A stretch of 64,000 bases of DNA, taken from Candidatus Saccharimonadales bacterium (GTDB lineage Bacteria; Patescibacteriota; Saccharimonadia; Saccharimonadales; UBA4665). Made by a program: the position numbers and the translations under genes. The stretch's first letter is position 1, and each line of letters begins with the position of its first letter. The notes under the pieces are model-generated. The model was not told the DNA's origin. It saw nothing but the letters and a program-made list of their open reading frames with translations, and searched no databases. This document shows positions 36,517-44,745 of the stretch, piece after piece. The DNA lies in NCBI GenBank assembly GCA_035479955.1, contig DATIIE010000015.1:2268-66267 (forward strand), written 5' to 3'.

Positions 36517-37293
36517 CTACGAATGGGCGCCAGCGGGCGCTACGCGGTCAAAACCTACAACGTGGGCAACGGCTGGAGGCAGGCTAATGCCGGCGGGCTG
36601 TTCCTGTGGCGGCTCCTGCCCTTGTCCGCCCGTGCTCGCTTCAGGGGTTTCTTCGGGGGCGAATGTGCCGGTTGGACGCAGGAGTGAGCTGTGGCCGCGG
36701 ATGCTGATACGCAGCGTACCTTTGGTTTCGTCGTAGCGGTAATCGGTAACTTCGTATCTCTTGCCAATGGTGCGCGGGCGCACAAGCTGCACATGCATGC
36801 CGTTCACAATAGTAAAGGAGTTGCTGAACGGGTCTTTGGTAATGGTAGCTGCAGGCGAGATGTAGCCAAGCCCGCCGGCGCTGCGCAACGCAGCCTGGGC
36901 CTGCTGGCGTGTGCTGTGGTGGGCAGTCTCTGCCTTAGCCGCGATTATTGCAGCAGTGAGTGCAGCGACTCCAGTTTCGGGCTGCGGCTCTTCTGGCTGG
37001 GCGTTTGAGCGTTCCAGTGCGAGTGTGCGCTGTGTGTCTTCCTCGATAGCCTCTTCGTGCGCGGCTTCAATGTCGTGTACGCGGCCAGCGTCTTCAGAGC
37101 GGATATCGGCACCGTTGGCGATCGCCTCTAGCGCTGCGAAATCGTCGCTGGTAAGTTCCGGCAATGTGTCAATGTCGTTAATAGTACCGTTCACCATAAT
37201 GTCGCCGAGGTCACGCGGGCGTGGCGCGGCCGCAGGTGGGGTGAAGCGGTTCTCGGGTTGCTCAGGGTTGGGTTGCATGGGGTTTTCTGACAT
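36517..37293 (-). CDS. Orphan acidic protein (alternative GTG start at 37305)
   Basis: ORF fills the argS-DUF1361 gap; upstream TTGACA-N11-TTATGC-TTAAAT. Confidence 0.72.
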   Translation of the reverse strand: MSENPMQPNPEQPENRFTPPAAAPRPRDLGDIMVNGTINDIDTLPELTSDDFAALEAIANGADIRSEDAGRVHDIEAAHEEAIEEDTQRTLALERSNAQPEEPQPETGVAALTAAIIAAKAETAHHSTRQQAQAALRSAGGLGYISPAATITKDPFSNSFTIVNGMHVQLVRPRTIGKRYEVTDYRYDETKGTLRISIRGHSSLLRPTGTFAPEETPEASTGGQGQEPPQEQPAGISLPPAVAHVVGFDRVAPAGAHS

Positions 37294-37355
37294 AGTTTCG
37301 GGCACCGCTAAATGGTTTATTACTCTTCAAATTTAAGCATAAGAAGGTAAAAATG

Positions 37356-38054
37356 TCAATTTGCTGGTGGCGTTTGTTCAGGTAATTTTACGGCGTGCGT
37401 GGCGCGGATGGCATACCACATCACAACGTACACACTGCTGATAAGTACAGCAAAGCTAAGGGTAGTTGTGAACATTTCAGGGTGCTGGTGCGGCGCCAGC
37501 AAACGGTCGGATACATCGAAGAGGATGCTGGCCGGGTTCAACAAAATGTCCCAGGTATTCCAGCGCAGGTCGCGGCCGATGTAAATGGCAAAGCTGGTTA
37601 GGAAAATAGTTAGGCCCACAAGCCACCACGACGCTTGCAGCGACACGCGTTTGCGCAGTTCGGCATGCACTAGGTACAAACTCACCAGCCCCACAATAAA
37701 GGCGTTGAAAATGAACGAACTGAACATGACAACGTCAAGCGTCACATCTACGCGCGGCACTTCCAGCACATGGATATAGTCGCTCACCATATAAAAGCTG
37801 TTCGGCAAAAAGCCCAGCCAAAACAGCGTCAGCAGGAATGTCGGCCAGCTGGACCATACGTGGTGGCGCAGCAGGCGTTGCAGCCATAGGGTGAGGATCA
37901 GCGGAATCCACGCCAGGAACAGGTTGTACATAAGGTAGGCGTAGCGCAGGTCGTGGTTGCGCCAGGCAGCCAGCGAAAACAGCAAAGCACTGGCAATACT
38001 GGATGCAACCAATGCCAGGCCTAAACGGTCCCGTGTGGAAATGTACCACTTCAT
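37356..38054 (-). CDS. DUF1361 family membrane protein
   Basis: NLFLAWIP, W..FLPNSFY..SD.IH, YIGRDLRWNTWD. Confidence 0.92.
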   Translation of the reverse strand: MKWYISTRDRLGLALVASSIASALLFSLAAWRNHDLRYAYLMYNLFLAWIPLILTLWLQRLLRHHVWSSWPTFLLTLFWLGFLPNSFYMVSDYIHVLEVPRVDVTLDVVMFSSFIFNAFIVGLVSLYLVHAELRKRVSLQASWWLVGLTIFLTSFAIYIGRDLRWNTWDILLNPASILFDVSDRLLAPHQHPEMFTTTLSFAVLISSVYVVMWYAIRATHAVKLPEQTPPAN

Positions 38055-38099
38055 AATGCTTGTATTATACCAGCCCTGCCCCGTCGGCTTATAGCGTAC

Positions 38100-39119
38100 T
38101 TATTTTGCCAGCGGCAAACGCATCATAAAACAGGCGCCGCCGCCTGGTACGTTTTGCACTTTCAGTTCGGCGTTGTTGGCTTTGGCAATGATTTGCGCCA
38201 GGCTCAGGCCAAGGCCGTAACCGGCAACTTTGCTGGAGCGGGCTTTGTCGCCGCGGAACAGGCGCTCAAATACGTGCGGCAGGTCGGACTCCGGAATGCC
38301 CGGGCCTTCATCCTGCACCCACAATACGTAGTGGCCTTCATCGCGCTTGCCGCCAATGGTGACGGTGCCCTTCTCCGGCCCGTACTTTACGGCGTTATCC
38401 AGTAAAATGGCAATGGCTTCGGCCAGGCTGTCGCGGTGCCCAAGCACTGCCCCGGCTGCGGCCTCACTTTTAAACACTACTTTTTTGTCGGTGGCTGGGC
38501 GTGATTTCAGCTTCATGGCGTCGGCCACAATAGTGCGCACTGGCACCTGCTTAAGTTTCAGCGGCGCGTTGCCGTATTGGGTGAGCGCCAGCAAGTTGGA
38601 ACTGAGGCCTTCCAGCCGCTGCACTTCTTCGAGGTTGCTGTGGATGAGCTCGCGGGCTTCACGTTCGGTAAATTGCTTTTGGCGTAGGAACACTTCGTTC
38701 TCCAGGCGCAGGTTGGTGAGCGGCGTGCGCAGCTCGTGGCTAGCGTCGGCGGCAAAACGCGCCTGGGCATGGTGTGCTTCTTCAATGGGGCGTAAGGTGC
38801 GGCCGGCAAACCAGTAGCTCAGCAAACCGCCCAGGGCAACTGCGCCCACATTAATAAGCACAAAATCACGGTTCAGGCGCTGGCGCGTCAGGCCGGCTTG
38901 GTCTTCTTGCAAATCAGTAAAGTCGTTGTACGGGCGCGGCTCGTTGGGTATATAAAAGCCGCGCAGGAACAGCTGGCGCACGCCGGAGCGCTGCGCGTCA
39001 TTGCTGCGGCTGTACTCTTGCTCGAACAACACCCGGAAACTAACGGTGAGCGTTAAGGTGAACGCCAACAGTATAGCCAGGTAAAACAAGGTTAGCTTTA
39101 GCCGCGCCGACTCAAACAT
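38100..39119 (-). CDS. Sensor histidine kinase
   Basis: DASHELRTPL, LLDNAVKY, V.DEGPGI, FERLFRGD, GYGLGLS. Confidence 0.96.
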   Translation of the reverse strand: MFESARLKLTLFYLAILLAFTLTLTVSFRVLFEQEYSRSNDAQRSGVRQLFLRGFYIPNEPRPYNDFTDLQEDQAGLTRQRLNRDFVLINVGAVALGGLLSYWFAGRTLRPIEEAHHAQARFAADASHELRTPLTNLRLENEVFLRQKQFTEREARELIHSNLEEVQRLEGLSSNLLALTQYGNAPLKLKQVPVRTIVADAMKLKSRPATDKKVVFKSEAAAGAVLGHRDSLAEAIAILLDNAVKYGPEKGTVTIGGKRDEGHYVLWVQDEGPGIPESDLPHVFERLFRGDKARSSKVAGYGLGLSLAQIIAKANNAELKVQNVPGGGACFMMRLPLAK

Positions 39120-39125
39120 GTATCC

Positions 39126-39782
39126 CTATTTTACTTTGTAGCCGTGGCCACGCACAGTCTGAATTACCGCTTCGCCGATTTTTTTGCGCAAATTGGCCAC
39201 AAATGTCTCCACGGTATTGTGCTGCACGCGGGATTCATCGGCCCAAACATGGTCCAGTAATTGGTCTTTGCTGATAACTTCGCCTTGGTGGCGCAGCAGG
39301 TATTCAAGCAGTTGGAATTCTTTGGCGGTGAGGTGTACGGTTGTGTCGTCGACGGTCACCTCTTTACTGACGACGTCGAGCTGCAGTGGGCCGGTAGTGA
39401 ACGTGTTGCCGGTGCGGGGCTGCGGGCGGCGCAGCAGGGCGCGGACACGGGCCAGTAATTCGTCGAAGGCAAATGGTTTGGGCAAATAATCGTCGGCGCC
39501 GGCGTCCAGACCCTGCACGCGGTCACCTATGGTGGTGCGCGCGGTGAGCATCAGCACTGGCACTTGTACGCTGTTGCCGCGCCACAATTGCACCAGGCCG
39601 GGGCCATCACGGCGGCCAGGGATCATCCAGTCCAGCAGCACCAAGTCGTATTCGTTGGCGTCTACCAGCGTTTCGGCCATGTCGCCGTCTGGGGCAACAT
39701 CAACCACGTAGCCTTCGGCGGTTAAGCCCTTTTCCAGGCTGCGGGCGATTTTTTCTTCATCTTCTACTACCAGTACTCTCAT
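39126..39782 (-). CDS. OmpR-family response regulator
   Basis: MRVLVVEDE (start 39782), LLDWMIP, GADDYLPKPF, TVRGHGY. Confidence 0.96.
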   Translation of the reverse strand: MRVLVVEDEEKIARSLEKGLTAEGYVVDVAPDGDMAETLVDANEYDLVLLDWMIPGRRDGPGLVQLWRGNSVQVPVLMLTARTTIGDRVQGLDAGADDYLPKPFAFDELLARVRALLRRPQPRTGNTFTTGPLQLDVVSKEVTVDDTTVHLTAKEFQLLEYLLRHQGEVISKDQLLDHVWADESRVQHNTVETFVANLRKKIGEAVIQTVRGHGYKVK

Positions 39783-39846
39783 GCTTCCTATTATACAGCC
39801 GCCCCTGTACTCCAGCTGGAGATACAATTATATGCGTTTTATGGTG

Positions 39847-40311
39847 TTACAGCAGGCGGGCGTTTTTAGCGTACTCGGCGTCGCGTTCTTCAGGGGTTTG
39901 GTCGGGGCGGGCAAAATCGTCTTCCAAGCGCCAGGTAGTGCCAAGTTCAGGGGTGGAAACCTCTAAAATGTCGCAATCAGTAATGCCCTTCAAGCGGTGT
40001 TTTTGGCCCAGCTGGGTGCTGTAGCCCTTGCCTGCTTCTAATGCAGTCTCTATTACTTCGCCCTGGTTGTTTTCCCAAATAACTGCGGCCTGGCCGTTCA
40101 TTACAAACCAGCTTTCCTGTTTTTGGTCGTGCACTTGCAGGCTCAGGCGTTTGCCAGCGTTGATATGCAGCACCTTGCCCATATAGGGTGCATGTTCCGG
40201 CACCCAGTGCAGTTCGTATCCCCAGGGCTTTTCTACCTTTTTTACGTACGGGCTGGTGTTGAAGTTTTTAGGGTCAAAGTGTGGGGCTTGCCCGCTGTTC
40301 TCGCTGGCCAT
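39847..40311 (-). CDS. Cupin (mannose-6-phosphate isomerase type II C-terminal-like)
   Basis: VEKPWG, G.RLSLQVH..KQESW, HRL, EVST. Confidence 0.88.
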   Translation of the reverse strand: MASENSGQAPHFDPKNFNTSPYVKKVEKPWGYELHWVPEHAPYMGKVLHINAGKRLSLQVHDQKQESWFVMNGQAAVIWENNQGEVIETALEAGKGYSTQLGQKHRLKGITDCDILEVSTPELGTTWRLEDDFARPDQTPEERDAEYAKNARLL

Positions 40312-40312
40312 A

Positions 40313-41350
40313 TTACGCGTTCAGTTCCTTTTTAAATTTCTCTACGAGGCCCACAGGCGCAGGGTCTACCCCGTTTAAAAATGCCAGGTACAGCGTTACA
40401 AAGTCGCCGTACGCCAGCGCCCACAGCAGCTGCTCCAAAAGCGTGTCGCCCTGCACGGTCACCACGTGCGGCGCGGGGCGCAGGCCGGACAGCAGCCGCT
40501 CGGTTACCTCGAACCGTTTTTGCACACGCGGGTGCTCCAGGTTGCTGCGCAAATCTACCACAGCGTAAGGTTTGTCGATGGGATGGCTGCTCCAACCAAT
40601 AAATTCGTTGTGGTTGAATTCCGGGATTTGGCTGCACCAGGCCACTTGCTTGGCGTTTTCGTTGCAGCCGATCTTCCATTTATATGCTGCCGGGAACAGC
40701 TTTGGCCCAGCGTACATAACCAAGGATTTGCCCATCAGCTCCTGCGCCAGCTGTTTCGCCGGGTTTCCCGCTGTGGCCACCTCTGGCAGCCAGGCTTCGA
40801 TAGCCTTGGTAGTGTGTGCGGCAGCGCTGGCTAGCTCGCTCTTATAATTGTTGCCTGCGGCCAGCACAGCGGCCATGTCGAGTATGTCCAGCAGCGCCCG
40901 GAACATGGCAAATACCGCGTAGCGGGGCTGCTCGGCACGCGGCACCTCGGCAAATAAATACCCCTTCTCTTTCGCAGCTTCAGCCAATTTGCCGCCAGCG
41001 GCAATAATAGCAATGCGCGCGCCGCGTTCTTCAGCCTGGGCCAGGGCGCTCAGTGTTTCCTCGGTGTTGCCCGAGTAGCTGCACGCAATAAACAAAGTGT
41101 CCGCACCAATGTACGGTGGAATGTCGTAACCGCGCACAATTTCATATGGCTTTGTTACGCCTGGCCAAGTCGTTGGGTACAGTGCCGGCAGCGCTGAGCC
41201 GCCCATGCCAGCGAACACAATGTTTGCAGCCTGCCCTAAATCGGTGGGCGGCAAATTAAATTCGTGCGTCAGCTGGGAGCACTGGCGGTGCGCTATCCCC
41301 AAGCTGTCTTCCGGGTCTTTTTCGTGTATCCACTTCAGGTCATCTAACAT
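40313..41350 (-). CDS. Bifunctional phosphoglucose/phosphomannose isomerase (SIS domains)
   Basis: GMGGSAL, SYSGNTEET, QPRYA, ENAK, PEFNHNE. Confidence 0.92.
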   Translation of the reverse strand: MLDDLKWIHEKDPEDSLGIAHRQCSQLTHEFNLPPTDLGQAANIVFAGMGGSALPALYPTTWPGVTKPYEIVRGYDIPPYIGADTLFIACSYSGNTEETLSALAQAEERGARIAIIAAGGKLAEAAKEKGYLFAEVPRAEQPRYAVFAMFRALLDILDMAAVLAAGNNYKSELASAAAHTTKAIEAWLPEVATAGNPAKQLAQELMGKSLVMYAGPKLFPAAYKWKIGCNENAKQVAWCSQIPEFNHNEFIGWSSHPIDKPYAVVDLRSNLEHPRVQKRFEVTERLLSGLRPAPHVVTVQGDTLLEQLLWALAYGDFVTLYLAFLNGVDPAPVGLVEKFKKELNA

Positions 41351-41416
41351 TGTCCAAAATCCTTGTGCTTAGTGCTAATGCTAGCTATACTATAGCCAAT
41401 AAGTGAGAGGAAGTGT

Positions 41417-41917
41417 ATGTTCGGGCATGACGACAACGCGCAAGTGACACAAGACGCTGCAGCACAAGGGGCAACGACAGATAGTGGTCTGGGCGTGCCC
41501 GCAGCAAACAACATGGACGTAACCACCGTGGGCGCTGACGCGCAAGCGCCGGCCCAGGATGGTTTTAGCGGCGGCGCTGAGCTGCCAGCCACTGTTCCTG
41601 AAGCAGAACCTGCAGCCGTAGCTGCTCCAGCACCTGTTGCTCCCATGGGCGACGACCCTATTGGCGGCGGCGAAGACCTCCTGCAAATCAAGCAGCAAGC
41701 ATTGCAGCAGCTGTCCCCGCTGGTTGGCCACCTCGACCAAACCCCTGAAGAAAAATTCCGCACGACCATGATGATGATCCAGGCTTCCGACAACCAGGAG
41801 CTCATCAAAGACGCCTACACTGCAGCCCAATCTATCGAAGACGAAAAGACCCGCGCCCAAGCGCTGCTCGACATCATCAACGAAATCAATTACTTCACCC
41901 AGCAGCACCAAGCGTAG
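41417..41917 (+). CDS. Hypothetical protein, disordered acidic N-half and helical C-terminal domain
   Basis: TTGTGC-N17-TATACT promoter, GAGAGG RBS. Confidence 0.82.
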   Translation: MFGHDDNAQVTQDAAAQGATTDSGLGVPAANNMDVTTVGADAQAPAQDGFSGGAELPATVPEAEPAAVAAPAPVAPMGDDPIGGGEDLLQIKQQALQQLSPLVGHLDQTPEEKFRTTMMMIQASDNQELIKDAYTAAQSIEDEKTRAQALLDIINEINYFTQQHQA

Positions 41918-41935
41918 GCCGGGCCGGGGCACACG

Positions 41936-42511
41936 GTGGTCCGCCTCAAACACGTAAATAACCTGCTGTTTGCCGCAACGGTGGTAATTTTACTGTACAT
42001 AATTGTTGCGCCAGCATTGCCGATGCTGACGTTTTGGCTGCAAAGCCGCACCATGCGCGCCACGCAGCTAGCCGCCCAATTACACGTGCCTTCCACCAAG
42101 GTAACCGTGCCCACTGGCGAACGCCTGGTAGTGCCGGCCATGCTGCTGAACGAACCAATTAATGAGGGCGCGAACCTCAGCGCCCTGAACCACGGCGGCA
42201 CCTGGCGGCGCCCCAAAACAAGCACGCCGGACGCTGGTGGCAACACGGTAATTGTGGCGCACCGCTACACCTACACTAACCCGCGCGGCACATTCTATTT
42301 CCTGAATAAAATAAAAGTTGGCGATGAAATTGGCGTGTTCTGGCACGGCAAGCGCTATGTGTACCGCACTACAAGCGTCCGCACCGTGAACCCTAACGAC
42401 GCAACCGTGGAAGCGCCCACTAAAAACGCCCAGCTGACGCTGTACACCTGCACTCCATTGTGGCTTCCTAAAGACCGGTTGGTGGTAATTGCCGAACTGG
42501 AGAAACCATGA
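41936..42511 (+). CDS. Sortase (class E/D-like)
   Basis: N-terminal TM; catalytic His (AHRY), Cys (LTLYTC) and Arg (DRLVV). Confidence 0.93.
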   Translation: MVRLKHVNNLLFAATVVILLYIIVAPALPMLTFWLQSRTMRATQLAAQLHVPSTKVTVPTGERLVVPAMLLNEPINEGANLSALNHGGTWRRPKTSTPDAGGNTVIVAHRYTYTNPRGTFYFLNKIKVGDEIGVFWHGKRYVYRTTSVRTVNPNDATVEAPTKNAQLTLYTCTPLWLPKDRLVVIAELEKP

Positions 42512-42618
42512 GCGACAAAACGCGCTTCTGGCTGCTGCTTTCGTTATTCATATTGAGCGTGGTGCTGCTGGTCATACTCAATTCAGCACTGGCCCAGCAA
42601 GTACTGGTGCACAGTTAA
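42508..42618 (+). CDS. 36-aa single-TM peptide translationally coupled to the sortase
   Basis: MSDKTRFWLLLSLFILSVVLLVILNSALAQQVLVHS; its ATG overlaps the sortase TGA (ATGA); below the ORF-track cutoff. Confidence 0.6.
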   Translation: MSDKTRFWLLLSLFILSVVLLVILNSALAQQVLVHS

Positions 42619-42637
42619 ACCGCGCGGCTCTTCCCTG

Positions 42638-42922
42638 TTATTCGGGCTTGGCTGCGCCAGATGGGGCATTAGCCTGCACCCGGGCCGCACTCTTCGCCGG
42701 GCGGCGCCAAAAGCGCACCAGCACCACAATAAGCAGCAGCAAACACGCAACCCCCACAATAAGGGCAACCAAAACACCGGTATTTGCCAGCGGGTTCGTG
42801 CCAGTGCCCGAGCTACCACCCGCAGTAGAACAATTTGTGCCGGTATGGGTTTGCGTGTTACATGCGTACGTATTCTCGCCATAAGCGTTGGAACCATACA
42901 CATCTGCAAATCTGCTATACAT
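42638..42922 (-). CDS. Minimal sortase substrate (LANTG + TM + RR tail)
   Basis: NPLANTG-VLVALIVGVACLLLLIVVLV-RFWRR; AAAGG RBS. Confidence 0.8.
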   Translation of the reverse strand: MYSRFADVYGSNAYGENTYACNTQTHTGTNCSTAGGSSGTGTNPLANTGVLVALIVGVACLLLLIVVLVRFWRRPAKSAARVQANAPSGAAKPE

Positions 42923-42992
42923 ATCGTGCCTTTCGTATAAGCGTTACCTATATGCTATCATACAAGAGGTCAACATAATAAAGTGAGGCGAC

Positions 42993-43199
42993 ATGACTGG
43001 CACCTTTGCCTTTCTAGATTTAGGCACTCCTGAGCTCATCATTATCCTGGTGATCGTGCTGCTTTTATTTGGCGGCCGCAAACTTCCGGAACTATCCCGC
43101 AGTATTGGGCAATCTATGCGCGAAATTCGTAATGGGCTAAACGGCGACGGGCACCATGAGAGCAAAAAAACAGAGGAAAAACCAAAGCACAACGGCTAG
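42993..43199 (+). CDS. tatA: Twin-arginine translocase TatA
   Basis: LG.PELIIILVIVLLLFGGRKLPELSRSIGQSMRE. Confidence 0.93.
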   Translation: MTGTFAFLDLGTPELIIILVIVLLLFGGRKLPELSRSIGQSMREIRNGLNGDGHHESKKTEEKPKHNG

Positions 43200-44385
43200 C
43201 GCGGCCTCGCGCGAGCACAATCCGAAGCTGCCTTTTATAGAGCACCTGCTAGAGCTGCGTAAGCGCTTGTTTTACGTGGCGTTGTCGGTTATTTTATGGA
43301 GCGTTGCGGCTTATTTTGTGCAGCAACACATTGTTAGCATATTGCTGCGGCCGGCGCATAACCAGCAATTTATTTATACCAGCGTGGGCGGCGGCATCGA
43401 CTTCCTGTTCCGCGTATGTTTGTACGCGGGTATTGTGTTTAGTATCCCCGTTATTGTGTTCCAGGTGCTCAAATATTTGCAGCCGCTTATTAAGAAAGAC
43501 GCTGTGCGGTTTATTGCCGGCGGCAGTGTCGTTTCAGGGGTGCTGGCGGCGGCTGGCATGATGTTTGGTTATTTCCTGGGGCTGCCCGCTGCCCTGCACT
43601 TCTTGCTGCACCAGTTCACTAGCGGCCAGATCCACCCGCTGCTTACTATCCAGTCGTATATGTCATTCGTAACACTGTACATGCTGGGGTCGGCGTTGCT
43701 GTTCCAGCTGCCCCTGCTGATGGTGTTGATTAACCGTATTAAGCCGCTGAAGCCCAAAAAATTGCTTGGCTACGAGCGCTGGGTAATTTTACTAGCGTTT
43801 GTGGGCGGCGGCATTATGAACCCCTCGCCGCGCGTGCAGGACCAGCTGATGCTGGCAGTGCCGATTATTTTGGCCTACCAGGTTGGCGTAGGGCTGGTGT
43901 GGTACATGAACCGGGGTGGCCGCTCTGAAAAGATGCGTGCCATGCTTGCAAAAGACGCCGCCGAGCGCCAGCAGCGCCATTCGCGTTTCGTAGAGGCGCA
44001 AACTGCGTTACAGCAAAAAATGGCCACAACTGTGCAGCCTTCGGCAGCAGCACATGCCCGGCAGGCCGCGCCGCGCGCCGCGGCCGTGGTTACAGCACCC
44101 AAGCCTACTGTCATACATACACCAGCTGTTGCCAGCGTTCCTGTAGCAGCCCGGCCCGCCCATAAGCGCATGGATGTGTCGCCAGTCAAAGTGGCGCCTG
44201 CTGCAACGGCGCAGCCCCAACAGGCCCAGCGCACCACCCGCACCGCTGCCACCAGCCGGCCCATATCCCGTGCAGCACAGCCGCCGCGCCGCGCCTACTT
44301 CAACGATTTCGTGCCACGCCGCGTACCAGCAGCAAACACCTACCGTGTGGCACCCCGCCAGGGAAACTCCCCCGAAGCAGCATAA
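43156..44385 (+). CDS. tatC: Twin-arginine translocase TatC with about 160-aa disordered C-terminal extension
   Basis: LPFIEHLLELRKRL, SIP...QV..YLQP, FQLP, P.P.V.DQLMLAVPIILAYQ; start overlaps tatA by 44 nt. Confidence 0.92.
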   Translation: MRAKKQRKNQSTTASAASREHNPKLPFIEHLLELRKRLFYVALSVILWSVAAYFVQQHIVSILLRPAHNQQFIYTSVGGGIDFLFRVCLYAGIVFSIPVIVFQVLKYLQPLIKKDAVRFIAGGSVVSGVLAAAGMMFGYFLGLPAALHFLLHQFTSGQIHPLLTIQSYMSFVTLYMLGSALLFQLPLLMVLINRIKPLKPKKLLGYERWVILLAFVGGGIMNPSPRVQDQLMLAVPIILAYQVGVGLVWYMNRGGRSEKMRAMLAKDAAERQQRHSRFVEAQTALQQKMATTVQPSAAAHARQAAPRAAAVVTAPKPTVIHTPAVASVPVAARPAHKRMDVSPVKVAPAATAQPQQAQRTTRTAATSRPISRAAQPPRRAYFNDFVPRRVPAANTYRVAPRQGNSPEAA

Positions 44386-44390
44386 GCGGC

Positions 44391-44419
44391 TTGACGCCTT
44401 AGGCAACCTGGCCTACAAT
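44391..44419 (+). promoter_or_regulatory. Promoter of the small TRKEFL peptide gene
   Basis: TTGACG-N17-TACAAT. Confidence 0.7.
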
Positions 44420-44444
44420 CAGGTTACAAACTTAAAAACAAAAA

Positions 44445-44639
44445 ATGACCATGAACAAAGCACTACAAAACCTCATGGAAAAAGAGATGACACGCAAAGA
44501 ATTCCTGGCCGCGTGCGGCCTGGGCATTGCCAGCTTGCTGGGCTTTGGGTCTCTTATCCGCATGCTGAATGGCAAAGACCAAGCCACTGGTGGCGCCGGT
44601 CTTACCAACGGCTACGGTGTGCACCGCTACGGGCGCTAA
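44445..44639 (+). CDS. 64-aa peptide resembling a Tat signal (TRKEFL + hydrophobic segment) with a short GYG..RYG tail
   Basis: MTRKEFLAACGLGIASLLGFGSLI; own promoter; directly after tatC. Confidence 0.75.
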   Translation: MTMNKALQNLMEKEMTRKEFLAACGLGIASLLGFGSLIRMLNGKDQATGGAGLTNGYGVHRYGR

Positions 44640-44684
44640 CCTCTTTTTCACCCCCCCAGTTACAACGAAATCCTACAGCCAATT

Positions 44685-44717
44685 AAAAAGAGCCGGCCAC
44701 CTCAGCCGACTCCTTTT
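44685..44717. terminator. Bidirectional terminator between the small peptide gene and groEL
   Basis: AAAAAGAGCCGGC-CACCTCA-GCCGACTCCTTTT. Confidence 0.65.
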
Positions 44718-44745
44718 CTGCTGTTTGTTTGATTCTATTGTACCA

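Noticed and set aside
41370-41378. CIRCE-like half site (TAGTGCTAA) in the divergent promoter at 41.35 kb
   Set aside because: No matching left arm 9 nt away.
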